Of a stretch of DNA of 51,406 nt, positions 8,934 to 17,968 are shown in pieces. Source of the DNA: a virus; IMG/VR virus record IMGVR_UViG_3300027606_000001, positions 1 through 51,406 of that record, one strand, 5' to 3'. Below the pieces are notes generated by a model. It worked only from the letters and a program-made list of their open reading frames with translations, was not told the DNA's origin and did no database searches. The stretch's first letter is position 1; the number at the start of each line of letters is the position of its first letter. The position numbers and the translations under genes were made by a program.

Positions 8934-9517
8934 CAGAAAGCCTCCCTGAACTGATAGCTGCCGCTGGAAACGACCGGGCGCACGACCATGTTCCAGGTGT
9001 CCTGGGTCATGCGCATCTCGGAATAGGGGTTGAGGTACTCGATCGCTGCCCCTGGCGTCAGCGTGCGCCGGATCCGCTTGTTGAGCGGGACGACAGCCTG
9101 GCCTTGGGCAGTGGCGGTGACCGGCCGTACCACTTCGAACATTTCGCCGGCCACTGTGAGGTAGTCGCCTGGAGCGAACACCTGGACGCCAGGCGGTGCC
9201 CCAGAAACCTGCATTGAGCGTGACTGAGCCGTGCCGGTCACCACGGAGAGATTGCCGACGCTATCGGTGCGACGCCGCGTGAGCGCAGGCAGGTTGAAGG
9301 TGCCGAACATCCCATCCAGATCACCGAGGAACGCCGAAAGCTGACGCTCCTGCGCCCGGGTGAGCAACCCGAAGGTCAAGGTACACTGCCAGTACGCCCC
9401 TGGCTGGCCAACGATCTGCTGAGCGTTGGACAGCGTCGAGGTGAATGCCCGGCTGTTGTTGACTATGCCCCACGTCATTTCAGACACGGGCAGCGATGCC
9501 GGCCATGCGAGAGCCAT
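8933..9517 (-). CDS. Minor tail protein (distal tail, M-position)
   Basis: 194-aa ORF directly after the tape measure gene; ATGA-type coupling to the next gene. Confidence 0.55.
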   Translation of the reverse strand: MALAWPASLPVSEMTWGIVNNSRAFTSTLSNAQQIVGQPGAYWQCTLTFGLLTRAQERQLSAFLGDLDGMFGTFNLPALTRRRTDSVGNLSVVTGTAQSRSMQVSGAPPGVQVFAPGDYLTVAGEMFEVVRPVTATAQGQAVVPLNKRIRRTLTPGAAIEYLNPYSEMRMTQDTWNMVVRPVVSSGSYQFREAF

Positions 9518-9532
9518 GCAGTACTCCTTGAT

Positions 9533-12202
9533 CTATCGGTTGCGGGCGATGAGCTGACGGGCCGGGCCGTTGGTCTTCAAGTCGCGCAGGACCATGTTGT
9601 AGCCGTCCTGCGCACCTTTCTGGGCGGCCTGCTGGATGCGGGCCAGGGTGGCGTCGTCGGCGGTGCCTTGAACGGTGATGTGCTGGACAATCGAAGGAAG
9701 GCTGGCGACTGCTGAAGGCGCAGGCGTAGAGCCCTGCGCTGGAGCTCCAGCGGGCTCAACGTATCCGCCACTGGCATACCCCTTCCTGTTGAGCCGGTCG
9801 AGGTGGTCGCGCATACCGGGCTGGCTGACGACCTCCTTGCGGACCACGTACTCGCCGCCGTGAACGACGCCCTTCGGCTCGAACTTGCCTCCGTCGCCGG
9901 TGTAGCCGCCGGCCGCGAAGCCAGACCGCGAAATCGTCTCGCTGAACCCGGTCATGGTGCCGCTGCCTGCCGCTGCAGCGCCCCCTCCTCCGCCAAAAAG
10001 CCCGAGGGCGGAGCCCAAGAAGCCTGCCGCAGCCTGCCTCACCTGAATCCGAATGAGGTCGGCCACCACCTGGTCAGCGAAGTCCTTGAAGGAAAGCTTG
10101 CCGGTCTTCACAAAGTCGACCACGGCGTCTTCCATGTTGCCGAAGGCGTTCGAGAACAGGTTGCGAGTCTGTCCCGCCACGTCCCGGGCACTGTCCATGT
10201 AGTCCTGGAAGGCGCCGCGGGCGCCGTTGCTCCAGTCGGCCTGGGCCTGGTCGATCTGCGCCCATCCCTCGCGCTGGGCAGCCACGCGCTTCTGGAGGAA
10301 CTCGCGCTCGATGTCGATCTGCGCCTGCAGGTCCTGCCGCTGCTTCTCGCCCTGGGCGTTGGCCAACTCGGTCTGCAACTGCAGGATGCGGTTGTTGGTG
10401 TCCTGCTCGATCCGCAGGCGCTCCTGCATGCGCGTAGCATCCTTCTGCCCCATGCCTACGGCGTCCGCCTGCGCGGCGTACTCCATGCGCTGGGTGGCCA
10501 GCTGCCGCTCCATCTGGGCGCGGTACTGCTCGGCCTGGGTCAGGCCCTGGGCGCCCTTGATCGCCGCGGCATAGTTCGTCGAGGCCTGCGCCAGCGCCTT
10601 GCCGTACTCCTCCTGACTGATCTTGCCCTTCTTGAGGGCCAGGTCCAGCTGCTGCTGTTCCTTGGTCAGGGCGCGGGCGGCCTGGGATGCTGGGTCGTAC
10701 TGGGCGTAGAGACGGGCGAAGGTGTTCAACGATTCAGAGAGCCCTTTGCCGGTTGCGGCTTGAGCCTTGGCTGCCTCCGCAGCTGCTTTCTTGGACGCCT
10801 TCTCTGCTGCGGCCTTTGCATCCTTTTCCTGGGCGTATTTCAGAAGTAGCTTTTCTTGCTCGGGGAGCAGCTTCCCAAGTTCGCCAGCCTCAATTGCATA
10901 ACGGACCTTTGCGGCTTCGGTGTTTTCGCCTTCGAGTGCAGCCTGTTTTTTCAGGTTGGCTAGAAGCTTCTCGTACTCAGCATTCACCTTCTTACCGGGA
11001 TCATCCCCTTTCGGTGACTGGAGAGATGGCTGTGCTGCTGTTTTCTGCATCTGCGCAACTACTGCCCTGACAGATGTGGCTCGGCTCTCCAGCCCGGCAA
11101 TTTCCTTGTCCAGTTCATCGCGGTTGTAGAGCTTGAACTTGAAGAAAACCGTGTCACTCGAGTCGGTAGAAGACAGCTTTGACCTTGCATTCTGCAGGTC
11201 TCGAATTCCAGCCAGAGTTACGCTGAGCTCATTGTTCAGCCCGGCCACTGTCTGCTTGTCGTCCCGGAAGAAATCCAGGAACTCGCCTGAGTTGAACCTG
11301 TCCATGGCCTCTGCCATGGATACGATTCCACGAGCCAGACGGGCGCTGGCACCGGTAGCCTCATCAAGCTTCCCGACCGTAGTCACCAGCGAGTTGTTGA
11401 ATGCCGTTATCGACTGGCTGACCGTGACCTGAAGGCTGCCGCTGAGCTCGTCCACTTTTTCTTTCTGGCTCTGCAGCGCCTTAACGACTGCCTCAGACGT
11501 CAGCTTCCCCTCAGCCCCCATGGTGCGCAATTGCCCAATAGAGACGCCGAGACCGCGCGCAATCGCCTGGGCGAGGGCCGGTGTTTGTTCCATTATGCTG
11601 TTGAGCTCATCGCCGCGAAGGGTGCCAGAGGCGAGAGCCTGACCAAACTGGACCATGGAGGCCTCAGCGGCCTGGGCGCTGGCGCCACTCAGTGCCACGG
11701 TCTTCGATACGGTCTCAGTGACGCTCTCCACGTCAGCAAAACTCAGCCCAAGCTGTCTAGCATTCTGGGCCACTCGCTGATAGACCTCGGCGGTACTTTG
11801 CAGGGATTGCCTAGAGTTCTGAGCAACCCTGTAAACGGAATCCTGCGCAAACGCTAATTGCTCAGTTCCTTCGGTAACAAGCCTCAGACGGTTTGTGAGG
11901 TTGGTGTACTGCTCCGAATACTGCGCGATCTTCGAAACACTGAAGGCTGCCGCAAATGGCGCGGCCAGCCCTCCCACGGCGCCGAGCAGCTTATCGGTTT
12001 CGGCTGCCAGGCCGCCGACCTTTCTTGAGCTTGCATCAGAACGCCGGCCAGCCCCTTCGATAGATGCGCCGGCCTTGTCCATTGCCGGCGCTACACGATT
12101 ACCCGATGACTCAAGAGACTCGAGCTCTTTTCTCATAGACGCTGCGTCACGCTGCGCGCCGCGTGAGTCAATGGTTACGGCAAGGCGCGATTCTTGAGCC
12201 AT
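9533..12202 (-). CDS. Tail tape measure protein
   Basis: 889 aa from MAQESRLAV (SD ggag); long Ala/Gln-rich helical protein with a Gly-rich region near the C-terminus. Confidence 0.9.
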   Translation of the reverse strand: MAQESRLAVTIDSRGAQRDAASMRKELESLESSGNRVAPAMDKAGASIEGAGRRSDASSRKVGGLAAETDKLLGAVGGLAAPFAAAFSVSKIAQYSEQYTNLTNRLRLVTEGTEQLAFAQDSVYRVAQNSRQSLQSTAEVYQRVAQNARQLGLSFADVESVTETVSKTVALSGASAQAAEASMVQFGQALASGTLRGDELNSIMEQTPALAQAIARGLGVSIGQLRTMGAEGKLTSEAVVKALQSQKEKVDELSGSLQVTVSQSITAFNNSLVTTVGKLDEATGASARLARGIVSMAEAMDRFNSGEFLDFFRDDKQTVAGLNNELSVTLAGIRDLQNARSKLSSTDSSDTVFFKFKLYNRDELDKEIAGLESRATSVRAVVAQMQKTAAQPSLQSPKGDDPGKKVNAEYEKLLANLKKQAALEGENTEAAKVRYAIEAGELGKLLPEQEKLLLKYAQEKDAKAAAEKASKKAAAEAAKAQAATGKGLSESLNTFARLYAQYDPASQAARALTKEQQQLDLALKKGKISQEEYGKALAQASTNYAAAIKGAQGLTQAEQYRAQMERQLATQRMEYAAQADAVGMGQKDATRMQERLRIEQDTNNRILQLQTELANAQGEKQRQDLQAQIDIEREFLQKRVAAQREGWAQIDQAQADWSNGARGAFQDYMDSARDVAGQTRNLFSNAFGNMEDAVVDFVKTGKLSFKDFADQVVADLIRIQVRQAAAGFLGSALGLFGGGGGAAAAGSGTMTGFSETISRSGFAAGGYTGDGGKFEPKGVVHGGEYVVRKEVVSQPGMRDHLDRLNRKGYASGGYVEPAGAPAQGSTPAPSAVASLPSIVQHITVQGTADDATLARIQQAAQKGAQDGYNMVLRDLKTNGPARQLIARNR

Positions 12203-12217
12203 GCAATATCTCCAGGC

Positions 12218-12244
12218 ATAAAAAAACCCGCGCATGGCGGGTTT
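12218..12244 (-). terminator. Intrinsic terminator after the zinc-ribbon membrane gene
   Basis: Minus strand: aaacccgc-catgc-gcgggttt followed by a T-run. Confidence 0.7.
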
Positions 12245-12263
12245 ATCTTCGTTTGGGCTCAGG

Positions 12264-12560
12264 TCATTCTTTGACCGGTTCTAGGTCAGACTGGCAGTGT
12301 TTGCACTTGATGGCTTCCCTCTGGACCACCTCGGCGCAGAACGGGCACTTTCGATAAAGGGAGGAGGTACCAAACTTCCTGGCGATCTCGATACTCTTCT
12401 GCTCGTCCACCCCCAAGGGGTTTGCCAGCCATACAGCGATAAGTCCGATGGCTGGGAAGACAAAGCCAAGGATGAACCAACCCACAGGATTTCTGCCCTT
12501 CTGATTTGCGAAATAGGCAGTCACGCCAGCCAACGCCAGCCAGATGATGAACAGTTCCAT
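12264..12560 (-). CDS. Small membrane protein with a C-terminal zinc ribbon (98 aa)
   Basis: MELFIIWLALAGVTAYF and WFILGFVFPAIGLIAVWL form two TM segments, followed by CPFC-N13-CKHC; A/T-richer than its flanks; has its own terminator. Confidence 0.7.
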   Translation of the reverse strand: MELFIIWLALAGVTAYFANQKGRNPVGWFILGFVFPAIGLIAVWLANPLGVDEQKSIEIARKFGTSSLYRKCPFCAEVVQREAIKCKHCQSDLEPVKE

Positions 12561-12645
12561 GAACCCTCCTTGTCGATGCGAGCAATCTACCATTTCACGG
12601 CCGGCATGGGTTAGCCTGCGATCCAATCCTAAAAGGAGTAAATCT

Positions 12646-13038
12646 ATGGGCTGGACGCTGAAAGCTGAGGATATCCTGCGCCAATCTAGTGCTCTCGCAG
12701 AGGTTGACGGAAAACCTACCAGCTCCTTCGCTGCGCAGAAGAATGACCTGGAGACGATGCTCAGCTGCTGCGATGCAGAGGAGTCTACATATTGGCGTCA
12801 GGCGCCAGGCTCGAGAATTAGTGCCGCACCATTTTTCTTCGAGCGCGCAGCCATAATTCTCAGCAAGCGCAAGCAGTACGCAGACGTTGTAACGATATGC
12901 AATCGCTGGGTGGCTATTGCCGATGACTACCGAAACCAGCCAATGGTCTTTAATGGATCAGCTGCACAATGCCACTTAGGCCCAAGGGCTCGGGCGATCG
13001 AAAAGCAAAGGGCTCGAGCCATTTCGAAGCTGGGATAG
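12646..13038 (+). CDS. Hypothetical protein (130 aa), divergent from the zinc-ribbon gene
   Basis: SD aaaggag 7 nt upstream of ATG 12646; A/T-richer than the phage backbone. Confidence 0.6.
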   Translation: MGWTLKAEDILRQSSALAEVDGKPTSSFAAQKNDLETMLSCCDAEESTYWRQAPGSRISAAPFFFERAAIILSKRKQYADVVTICNRWVAIADDYRNQPMVFNGSAAQCHLGPRARAIEKQRARAISKLG

Positions 13039-13143
13039 GGATCTCAGCTTGAGACTTCTCGATGCGGCCAGCCGCCGCTCGCCGACAAGCGCCATCCGCT
13101 CCCCCTCCCATTTGGTCTACCCTTACCCTCCCCAATCACTCAC

Positions 13144-13353
13144 ATGAAGGGTGCGAAGATGCCCGACGATGAGAAGCGGAGATTTGCCGAGGCGCTGGAG
13201 CACTGGGCGGAAGCTGTGGATGCGATCCGCGCCCGGGATCGGGCCGAGGCCATTGCCCAGGTCGAAGAACTACGGAGCAGGCACCTGATGCGGGCTTTCC
13301 ACACCAGCGCGCTATGGGAGCACTATGCGTGGAAGCGCCGGGGCCCGGGGTGA
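13144..13353 (+). CDS. Hypothetical small protein (69 aa; alternative start 13159)
   Basis: GC-rich third codon positions in this frame; no family recognised. Confidence 0.4.
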   Translation: MKGAKMPDDEKRRFAEALEHWAEAVDAIRARDRAEAIAQVEELRSRHLMRAFHTSALWEHYAWKRRGPG

Positions 13354-13494
13354 GTCCAAGCCGGTCATCGAAGCCAAGCGCCAGCCATCGGGCATTTGTT
13401 TTCCCTTCCGCACCACCTCCAAAGCGTATAGTACTCAGTGGTATGGCCCCAGGCGGTGAAGCGCGCCGGGACCAGGGCGGTATCAGCCCGAATT

Positions 13495-13779
13495 TCAATC
13501 AGCGCTGCTGAATTTTTTCGTATCGATAGCGGGTGCGACAAACTCTGGACCATCACCAGCTGCCCGCCACCGCACGTTAGTAAGTCCGTAACGCTCAGCC
13601 ATAGGACGGCTGACCTTCTTGATCTTGTGCTGACCAAAGCGCGGGATTATACCCACTCCAGCGTCGCAGCTCGCCCAGTGCCACGCCTCAACATTGTCCA
13701 TCCGTTCAAGTCGGATTATGAAGGTACGGTACTCACCGCGGATCTCATACTCGATCACATACAACTGTTGCCCTGCCAT
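13495..13779 (-). CDS. Hypothetical protein (94 aa, MAGQQLYVIEYEIRGEYRTF...)
   Basis: SD aaggag upstream of ATG 13779; possibly a Pseudomonas DUF family (recall only). Confidence 0.55.
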   Translation of the reverse strand: MAGQQLYVIEYEIRGEYRTFIIRLERMDNVEAWHWASCDAGVGIIPRFGQHKIKKVSRPMAERYGLTNVRWRAAGDGPEFVAPAIDTKKFSSAD

Positions 13780-13949
13780 CAAGCCATCTCCTTTCTCAGT
13801 CCACGGCTGATGGAGTGCAAACTGAACTAAAAAATTCATTCGGAATTGGCGATCCCTGGGGGTGAAACAGCGGCACCGATTAGCTATACGCTGGCGTGCT
13901 AAACCGTGATCTGTCGCAGCAATCATTCGTAGAGGATGGGCACATCATA

Positions 13950-14486
13950 ATGAGCAATTTTGTCATCATTTCCGGCTGCTCAGGCGGAGGCAAATCCACG
14001 CTTCTCTCCGAGCTTCAGCGACGCGGATACGCCGTGATCGAAGAGCCGGGGCGGCGCGTCGTGCAAGAGCAAATACATACTGGAGGACAAGCGTTGCCAT
14101 GGCTCGACATGGAGGCCTTCTTGCGGCGCGCAATCAATGTAGCTCTGGATGACTATGCCAATGCACCAGCCTGCGGTTCTCACTGGGTGTTCTTCGATCG
14201 GGGTCTAGTTGATGCAGCTGCGGCCCTTCAAGCGCTGACCGATGAGCCCCTCCTCGACAAACTACGTCAGCAGAATCGCTATCATTCACACGTTTTCCTA
14301 ACGCCGCCATGGCCCGAAATCTACGTGCAGGACGATGAGCGTCGCCACGACATGACTGTCGCTCTGCGTGAATATGAGCGACTCCAGACAACTTATCCGT
14401 CTCTAGGCTATTCGGTATCGCTGGTGCCGAAAGTCAGCGTGGCCGAGCGTGCCGACTTCGTGCTGACTACCTTAGGAAATCGCTGA
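13950..14486 (+). CDS. P-loop NTPase (AAA_28 / NadR-kinase-like)
   Basis: The Walker A motif GCSGGGKST lies directly after the start MSNFVIISG; FFDRG is a Walker-B-like motif; 178 aa. Confidence 0.7.
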   Translation: MSNFVIISGCSGGGKSTLLSELQRRGYAVIEEPGRRVVQEQIHTGGQALPWLDMEAFLRRAINVALDDYANAPACGSHWVFFDRGLVDAAAALQALTDEPLLDKLRQQNRYHSHVFLTPPWPEIYVQDDERRHDMTVALREYERLQTTYPSLGYSVSLVPKVSVAERADFVLTTLGNR

Positions 14487-14524
14487 CCAGCAGAATTGGG
14501 TATGACAGGTGTGAAAGCCAGATG

Positions 14525-14557
14525 CAAAAAGCCCAGCGCGGGGCTGGGCTCTTCTTG
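14525..14557. terminator. Bidirectional hairpin terminator between convergent genes
   Basis: aaaaagcccagc-gcggg-gctgggct-cttctt; the T-run is on the minus strand, with a weaker one on the plus strand. Confidence 0.65.
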
Positions 14558-14567
14558 CAATTAGAGT

Positions 14568-14861
14568 CTAGCAGTGTGCGACCTTGCGCTTTCTTTCGGC
14601 TGTGAAGGCTGTCTGCCTGGCCTTGTCAACGCCCCAAGCCAGCGCAGTAGTCATCGTTTCCCCTGGTCGTGAGTCGAAAGACACTTCATACAAAGTTCGG
14701 CCAGATGGCTCATACACCCCGATGAACATCTGCGTGCTGCCCGTGCGCGACAACCTCACCTGGACGTCGATCGACGTTCCGTCATCCAGGGTTTCATCGT
14801 GGTCACGATGGTGCAGGCTCGGATCGGCCCAATCCCAGAACACATCTCCTCGCATCCGCAT
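14568..14861 (-). CDS. Hypothetical protein (97 aa)
   Basis: ORF track; terminator directly downstream; no family recognised. Confidence 0.5.
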   Translation of the reverse strand: MRMRGDVFWDWADPSLHHRDHDETLDDGTSIDVQVRLSRTGSTQMFIGVYEPSGRTLYEVSFDSRPGETMTTALAWGVDKARQTAFTAERKRKVAHC

Positions 14862-15146
14862 GCCGACCTCCTACGACTTTCGTCTCAATGGTGAATGTCA
14901 TCCCACCATAGCGCCGTCAACTGATCGCACAAGAAATTGACGTCAAAATACGTCGTAAAACTGACCGCCGGGCCTGATATCTGTACGAGGAGTAATGCTT
15001 GTATAGAGTTTGGATAATGCTAGCGGCTGCCCCTGTCCACCCATCCACCCTGGACGGAAAGCCAGTGGAAGGATTGGATCCAGCCGTAGTAGCGTTGTGA
15101 CCCCATGCGGCAGTCGCATGGCGATCAACCCTCACGAGTACATTTC

Positions 15147-15416
15147 ATGACCGCTGACGCTGAATTCCTTCGCGAAAAGTCCAAGAAAGGACAAAAAAAC
15201 ATCGAGTTCCGGGAGTTGATGGATTCCATCAAGTGTGAAATCAATGATCAAACCCAAGCAGGCTTTTACAGCACCACCTACAAGCTCAGCGACGATAAAG
15301 TTGAATTCGCAGACGCGGTAGTTGAGCGCTTTGAAGAAAGCGAAGATCCATGCAAAGTGACCTTCGACGCCGATAAGTCCACGCTTCACATCAGCTGGGA
15401 AAAACCAGAAGAGTAA
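15147..15416 (+). CDS. Hypothetical acidic protein (89 aa)
   Basis: Starts MTADAEFLREKSKKGQ; A/T-rich; first gene of a plus-strand two-gene unit. Confidence 0.5.
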   Translation: MTADAEFLREKSKKGQKNIEFRELMDSIKCEINDQTQAGFYSTTYKLSDDKVEFADAVVERFEESEDPCKVTFDADKSTLHISWEKPEE

Positions 15417-15484
15417 CCCTCCAACCATGCCCCGGTCCGTTGCCGAAAAGCCCATGGACTGGGGTCTGCCCAAAAGGAATTCCG

Positions 15485-15682
15485 ATGAAGAACAGTAAGA
15501 AGGTCGTCCACGAGTTGAATTCCGCTGTCCAGAAATTCAACCAGACGATGAGGTCCGTCGGCTCCAGCAGGCCAGATGCTCAGGCCGCAGCAGATTGCTT
15601 CAATCGACTTGTAGCAGCCATTTCCGACATCGACCAGCGCCTTGTAGAGCTGGAGGAGGCCCACGAGAGCGCCCAGCTATAG
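15485..15682 (+). CDS. Hypothetical small helical protein (65 aa)
   Basis: Starts MKNSKKVVHEL, with aaaagga upstream. Confidence 0.45.
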   Translation: MKNSKKVVHELNSAVQKFNQTMRSVGSSRPDAQAAADCFNRLVAAISDIDQRLVELEEAHESAQL

Positions 15683-15689
15683 GGGAAAG

Positions 15690-15896
15690 CTAGCTCAGTG
15701 CCGCAGTGAATTCGATGGTGACATCTCCGTAACCTTCAACATCTGGAAGAATCCTTTCCAAATGCATTCGGGTCATCTCTCCATGATCGAACGACGGGTC
15801 GTTGCCGTACTTTAGACGGAGTGCGGCGATGACCTCCTCGGCACTGAGGATGAACGTATCGATTCGGTGGTGAATGGTGGTTGTGGTCTTGCCCAT
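15690..15896 (-). CDS. Hypothetical small protein (68 aa)
   Basis: SD aggagagg upstream of ATG 15896; directly downstream of the GT stop. Confidence 0.5.
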   Translation of the reverse strand: MGKTTTTIHHRIDTFILSAEEVIAALRLKYGNDPSFDHGEMTRMHLERILPDVEGYGDVTIEFTAALS

Positions 15897-15921
15897 ACCC
15901 CTCTCCTGCGGCCTGGCCGCG

Positions 15922-16694
15922 TCAGTCGTTGCTGTTCTGCTCCGCCCAGTTGGCGCGGAATTCTTCGTCCAAGGCGAACACCACGGCCTCAAGCTCGTCG
16001 CGATCGATGGCGGTCGGGTGCCGGGCCAGGTACTCGCTGACCATGCCCGCCGTGATTGGCGCCGGTGCGGCCATCATGCCGACGTACTGCCGGGACCTGC
16101 TGATCGCGTTGTACGCGTCGAGCAGATGGTCGGTGACCGGGTCAATCTCCGGGGCCATCGGTACCGCACCTACGCCACTCAGGCGCTCGCGCTTCCACCT
16201 CTTTTTCTCGTTGCCCTCGCCCGCCCAGTCACGACCCCATCGGTAGACGGCGAGAGCTTTCCCACCGACTCCTTGATGCGCTCCTCGACGCGGTTGGCGA
16301 TGTCGACGCCGGTGCGCAGGGCCAGGAAGTAGACGCTGGGCATCTGCTCGATCAGGGCCTTGCCCAGTTCCGGGGTGTAAGCTGCCGGCTCACCCGGGCG
16401 CTCGGCCACGTCGACGCCCTCCCAGCCCTTGATCAAGTGGTGCGCCACCAGGTCCATGTAGAGCTCGTCGTCGACCTCGATCTCGGCCTGGGGGATCTGG
16501 GCAACGCTGAACTGCTTGGTGCCGACGCCGGCCTGGGAGTCGACTGCTGCCAGGTGCCGGTTGATCAGCGCGCGGTGAGATCGGTACACGGGGTCGGCGG
16601 TGGAGCCAACCAGAATCTTGGCGCCTGGGGCGAACTCCACCCAGCGCTGGCCGTGGAGGTCCAGCTCGGGCTTGCGAGCAATGGTGAATCCCAT
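15922..16694 (-). CDS. Tail assembly chaperone fusion (GT-like) made by a programmed -1 frameshift
   Basis: After the G GGA AAG slip, the -1 frame reads GKALAVYRWGRDWAGEGNEKKRWKRERLSGVGAVPMAPEID... with no stop until 15922. Confidence 0.75.
16179..16694 (-). CDS. Tail assembly chaperone (lambda G-like)
   Basis: 171 aa from MGFTIARKPEL (SD gaggaag); follows the major tail gene; contains a slippery heptamer near its 3' end. Confidence 0.8.
   Translation of the reverse strand: MGFTIARKPELDLHGQRWVEFAPGAKILVGSTADPVYRSHRALINRHLAAVDSQAGVGTKQFSVAQIPQAEIEVDDELYMDLVAHHLIKGWEGVDVAERPGEPAAYTPELGKALIEQMPSVYFLALRTGVDIANRVEERIKESVGKLSPSTDGVVTGRARATRKRGGSASA
16257..16263 (-). promoter_or_regulatory. Slippery heptamer GGGAAAG (-1 ribosomal frameshift site)
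   Basis: The minus strand reads gtc-ggt-G-GGA-AAG-ctc in the G frame, the same heptamer as lambda G/GT. Confidence 0.75.
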
Positions 16695-16750
16695 GGTCTT
16701 CCTCTGCGGTAAAAGGCCCGACACGCACCGCAGGGCGCGCCGGGCAATGG

Positions 16751-17920
16751 TTACGCCGTGACGGTGATCGCCGCGGTGCCTTTCTTGGTGCCATCCACGG
16801 TGCTGGTGGCGGTGATGGTCGCGCTGCCGACGGCCACACCTGTCACGACACCGGAGGCGCTGACAGTGGCCTTGCTCACATCGGAGCTGGACCAGGTGAC
16901 TGTCTGGGACGCGCCGACCGGGGCCACGGTGGCGGCCAGGTTGGTGGTCGCTGCCACTGCCACGCTGGCGGTCGATGGAGCCACGGTCACGCCGGTGGGC
17001 GCCGGCGGTGCCGGGCGGCGGGTGATGGTCGGCGACACGCGGCGGGCGGTGTAGGTCAACTCCACCTGGATGATGTCGGTGGCTCCGCCATCCGGCCAGG
17101 ACCCGCTGATCTCCATCTCCGGGATCAGGAAGTCGTAGGCGCCATCGGCATTGCCCAGCGTGAACTCGAAGCTGATCGCGTCGCCGGTCTGCTGCTTCTT
17201 CCACAGCTCGTAGGCCGTCTTGGCCCAGCTCAGGGTGATGCTGCCCGACGGCGTGAAGGTGGTCGGGATGATGTTGCCGGCGAAGGGGTTGCCGTTGCCA
17301 ATGCAGCGCTGGGTCTGCACCGCGTTGTCGAACTGCAGGTTGAAGGTGTCGACGCAGACGTTGTTGTCGCCGACCTGAATCCCGTTGAGCTTGAGGCCAG
17401 AGACATCCTTGAAGCCGTAGCGGCGCTGGAAGGCCTCGGCCACCGGAGTGAGGATGAAGTTGGTGTCGTCGGCCTTGTCCTGCCAGCCGGTCGCGGCGAA
17501 GGTGGTGGTCACCTCGATCTCGCCGTCGTTCGGCACCTGGATGTTCATGGTGGCGACCTGGGCGCCGGTGGCCTTGCCGGCGATGCCGACGTCCGCGGCG
17601 TAGTAGCCCAGGCTGAAGCTGATGCGGTCGTTCCCCATGGTCAGGACGTTGTTGTCCCAGTCCTTGCCGAAGCAGGAGGCCATGAACTCGTCTAGTGCGC
17701 CGAAGCGCATCTTCGTACCGACATCGCCGGCTACGTCCACGGTGGTCTGCGCGGTGCCCTGCGACATCCGGTCTTCGCCGATCTCGTTGTTCTCGGCGGT
17801 GTTGTAGGTGGGCCCGACACCGAAGCTGGTACGCGTCAGCACGTTCCAGGGGCCCGGCGGGGTGGTGCCTGGCGTGACTTCACGAATCCAGGCGGTTGCA
17901 ACCTTGGCACCACTCGACAT
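16751..17920 (-). CDS. Major tail protein with a C-terminal Ig-like (Big_2-type) domain
   Basis: 389 aa; the C-terminal TVAPSTASVAVAATTNLAATVAP...VTWSSSD...TATITATS is an Ig-like repeat signature. Confidence 0.85.
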   Translation of the reverse strand: MSSGAKVATAWIREVTPGTTPPGPWNVLTRTSFGVGPTYNTAENNEIGEDRMSQGTAQTTVDVAGDVGTKMRFGALDEFMASCFGKDWDNNVLTMGNDRISFSLGYYAADVGIAGKATGAQVATMNIQVPNDGEIEVTTTFAATGWQDKADDTNFILTPVAEAFQRRYGFKDVSGLKLNGIQVGDNNVCVDTFNLQFDNAVQTQRCIGNGNPFAGNIIPTTFTPSGSITLSWAKTAYELWKKQQTGDAISFEFTLGNADGAYDFLIPEMEISGSWPDGGATDIIQVELTYTARRVSPTITRRPAPPAPTGVTVAPSTASVAVAATTNLAATVAPVGASQTVTWSSSDVSKATVSASGVVTGVAVGSATITATSTVDGTKKGTAAITVTA

Positions 17921-17945
17921 GGCGTGTTTCTCCTATCAATAGGCG

Positions 17946-17968
17946 TAAAAAAACCGCCATGTGGCGGG
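17946..17968 (-). terminator. Short-stem intrinsic terminator upstream of the major tail gene
   Basis: Minus strand: ccgcc-acat-ggcgg followed by T7. Confidence 0.5.

Noticed and set aside
16695-17204. N-terminal extension of the chaperone ORF (the track lists 16179..17204)
   Set aside because: The extension overlaps the 3' half of the major tail gene in another frame and is Arg/Gly/His-rich. MGFTIARK at 16694 has a proper SD.
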